Positions 63,176-64,000 of a DNA stretch of 64,000 nucleotides are shown piece after piece. This DNA comes from Candidatus Peribacteria bacterium (lineage in GTDB: Bacteria > Patescibacteriota > Gracilibacteria > Peribacterales > Peribacteraceae). The notes under the pieces were generated by a model. That model had not been told where the DNA came from. It saw nothing but the letters and a program-made list of their open reading frames with translations, and did no database searches. Positions within the stretch are counted from its first letter, which is position 1. Each line of letters begins with the position of its first letter. Both the position numbers and the translations under genes were made by a program. The stretch is taken from NCBI GenBank assembly GCA_023038255.1, contig CP082927.1:446146-510145 (forward strand). Direction: 5' to 3'.

Positions 63176-63199
63176 GCCCCGCACGATGCGGGGCTTTTT
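63176..63199. terminator. bidirectional intrinsic terminator between the convergent giant gene and the M23 peptidase
   Basis: AAAAAA-GCCCCGC-acgat-GCGGGGC-TTTTT. A 7-bp GC stem is flanked by an A-tract and a T-tract. Confidence 0.85.
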
Positions 63200-63208
63200 G
63201 TAGGAGTA

Positions 63209-63985
63209 TTATTCAGTGGTCCGTTTGTACTTTTCCAGGAAGACCATGGGGCTGATGACGTATCGTGCGGCTTCCGCAGCAGTCGGCAGTGATGACGGCC
63301 AGTATATTTGATGTGTTGCCGCGTCATCGTTCAGATGCTCAATCTGCAGGTGCAGGTGTGGTGCAGTCGAATTGCCGGTTGAGCCCGAACGCCCGATCAA
63401 TTGCCCCGGCAGGACCGTATCGCCGACGTGCACAGTGGCAGTCTGCAAGTGACCGTATAGCGACAGCCAGCGCTCCCCGTCCGGCATGATGTGTTCTATG
63501 AGGACATGGACGCCAAACGACGAATCATCGTTCCGGATGGCAGCCACCTTTCCCCCGCCAATGGCACCAACAGGCGTCCCTTCTGCAACTTTGAGATCCA
63601 GTCCCGGGTGAACGGCTCTGAATTCCGGACTATCGACATCGTAGGAACCAAAGTAGCGGGTGGAGTAGAACAACTTCGCTGTAATTTTCGCCATATTGTC
63701 CGGTGTCAGATCCGAGCTGAGTGTCCGCATCGGGATGGTCAATGTGTGCAGATTGTACGCGGGGATTGCGACAAAATCAGACGCATTCATTTCGCTGTAT
63801 GTCCGATCCCATTCCTTCGGTGTGCGCATTTTCCCCCAGTCCGGTGTTTGCGAGACCGGGAAGACGGCGCGGATGAAAGGCGGGAAGTCGGTTGAGACGG
63901 ACGATGTGCTTGCCTTTGAAGATAATGAGGATGAACGGGGGGAAGATGAGGAAGACGAAGAGGACGAGGAGTACGAAGAAGACAA
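63209..63985 (-). CDS. M23 family (LytM-type) metallopeptidase
   Basis: HPGLDLKVAEGTPV, GHL....V.VGD.V..GQLIGRSGSTGNSTAPHLHLQIE. The poly-Ser N-terminus is encoded by a 9-nt-repeat element, so the true start is uncertain. Confidence 0.8.
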   Translation of the reverse strand: MSSSYSSSSSSSSSSPRSSSLSSKASTSSVSTDFPPFIRAVFPVSQTPDWGKMRTPKEWDRTYSEMNASDFVAIPAYNLHTLTIPMRTLSSDLTPDNMAKITAKLFYSTRYFGSYDVDSPEFRAVHPGLDLKVAEGTPVGAIGGGKVAAIRNDDSSFGVHVLIEHIMPDGERWLSLYGHLQTATVHVGDTVLPGQLIGRSGSTGNSTAPHLHLQIEHLNDDAATHQIYWPSSLPTAAEAARYVISPMVFLEKYKRTTE

Positions 63986-64000
63986 TGACGACGATGTAGG
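63921..64000. repeat. third copy of the 9-nt GAnGAnGAC array, truncated by the window edge
   Basis: GATAATGAG GATGAACGG GGGGAAGAT GAGGAAGAC GAAGAGGAC GAGGAGTAC GAAGAAGAC AATGACGAC. On the minus strand it reads as the poly-Ser N-terminus of the M23 ORF. Confidence 0.75.

Overview
Chromosomal window from a small-genome bacterium. It is probably Patescibacteria/CPR-like; this is inferred from CPR-type T4SS-pilin-like modules, lamin-tail-domain giant proteins, poly-Ser linkers and sparse metabolism. I call about 44 CDS. I found no rRNA, tRNA, CRISPR array, transposase or integrase. Recognisable genes: PGM/PMM, BI-1/YccA, bL32(?), nusB, rnc, a DUF559 endonuclease, a Nudix-like protein, rpsJ, tuf, a mutY-like glycosylase, rny, carA, an FNR-like reductase, a CofE-like protein, rpoC, rpsL, rpsG, fusA and an M23 peptidase. 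Four giant secreted proteins (about 950, 1400, 1240 and 1680 aa) take up roughly a quarter of the window. The normally contiguous rpoBC-str-S10 cluster is broken in three places. The best candidate for an undescribed system is the block of orphan genes at 22.8-38.3 kb and 43.3-49.3 kb. It holds a four-gene operon (A-D) and four cassettes of one small protein (about 100-120 aa) followed by one giant orphan protein (700-1200 aa). Each cassette has its own extended -10 promoter. The first three (F-G, H-I, K-L) are independent transcription units, while M-N follows L with no terminator seen. Two of the small proteins are clear paralogs, and the giant proteins share a GVTIxK..G.Y module. None of these proteins has a signal peptide or a domain I can name. 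The non-coding DNA is also unusual. It contains a dispersed family of about 35-nt heptad-periodic elements ([T/C]AG-NNTT units), other heptamer arrays that fill 5-prime leaders (fusA, rpsG), long hairpins built from 9-nt GAnGAnGAC units, and palindromes flanking the DUF559 gene. Many promoters sit only 7-25 nt from the start codon (leaderless or near-leaderless), and most housekeeping genes lack a Shine-Dalgarno sequence. All functional interpretations of the orphan genes and repeats are inference. No database searches were run.
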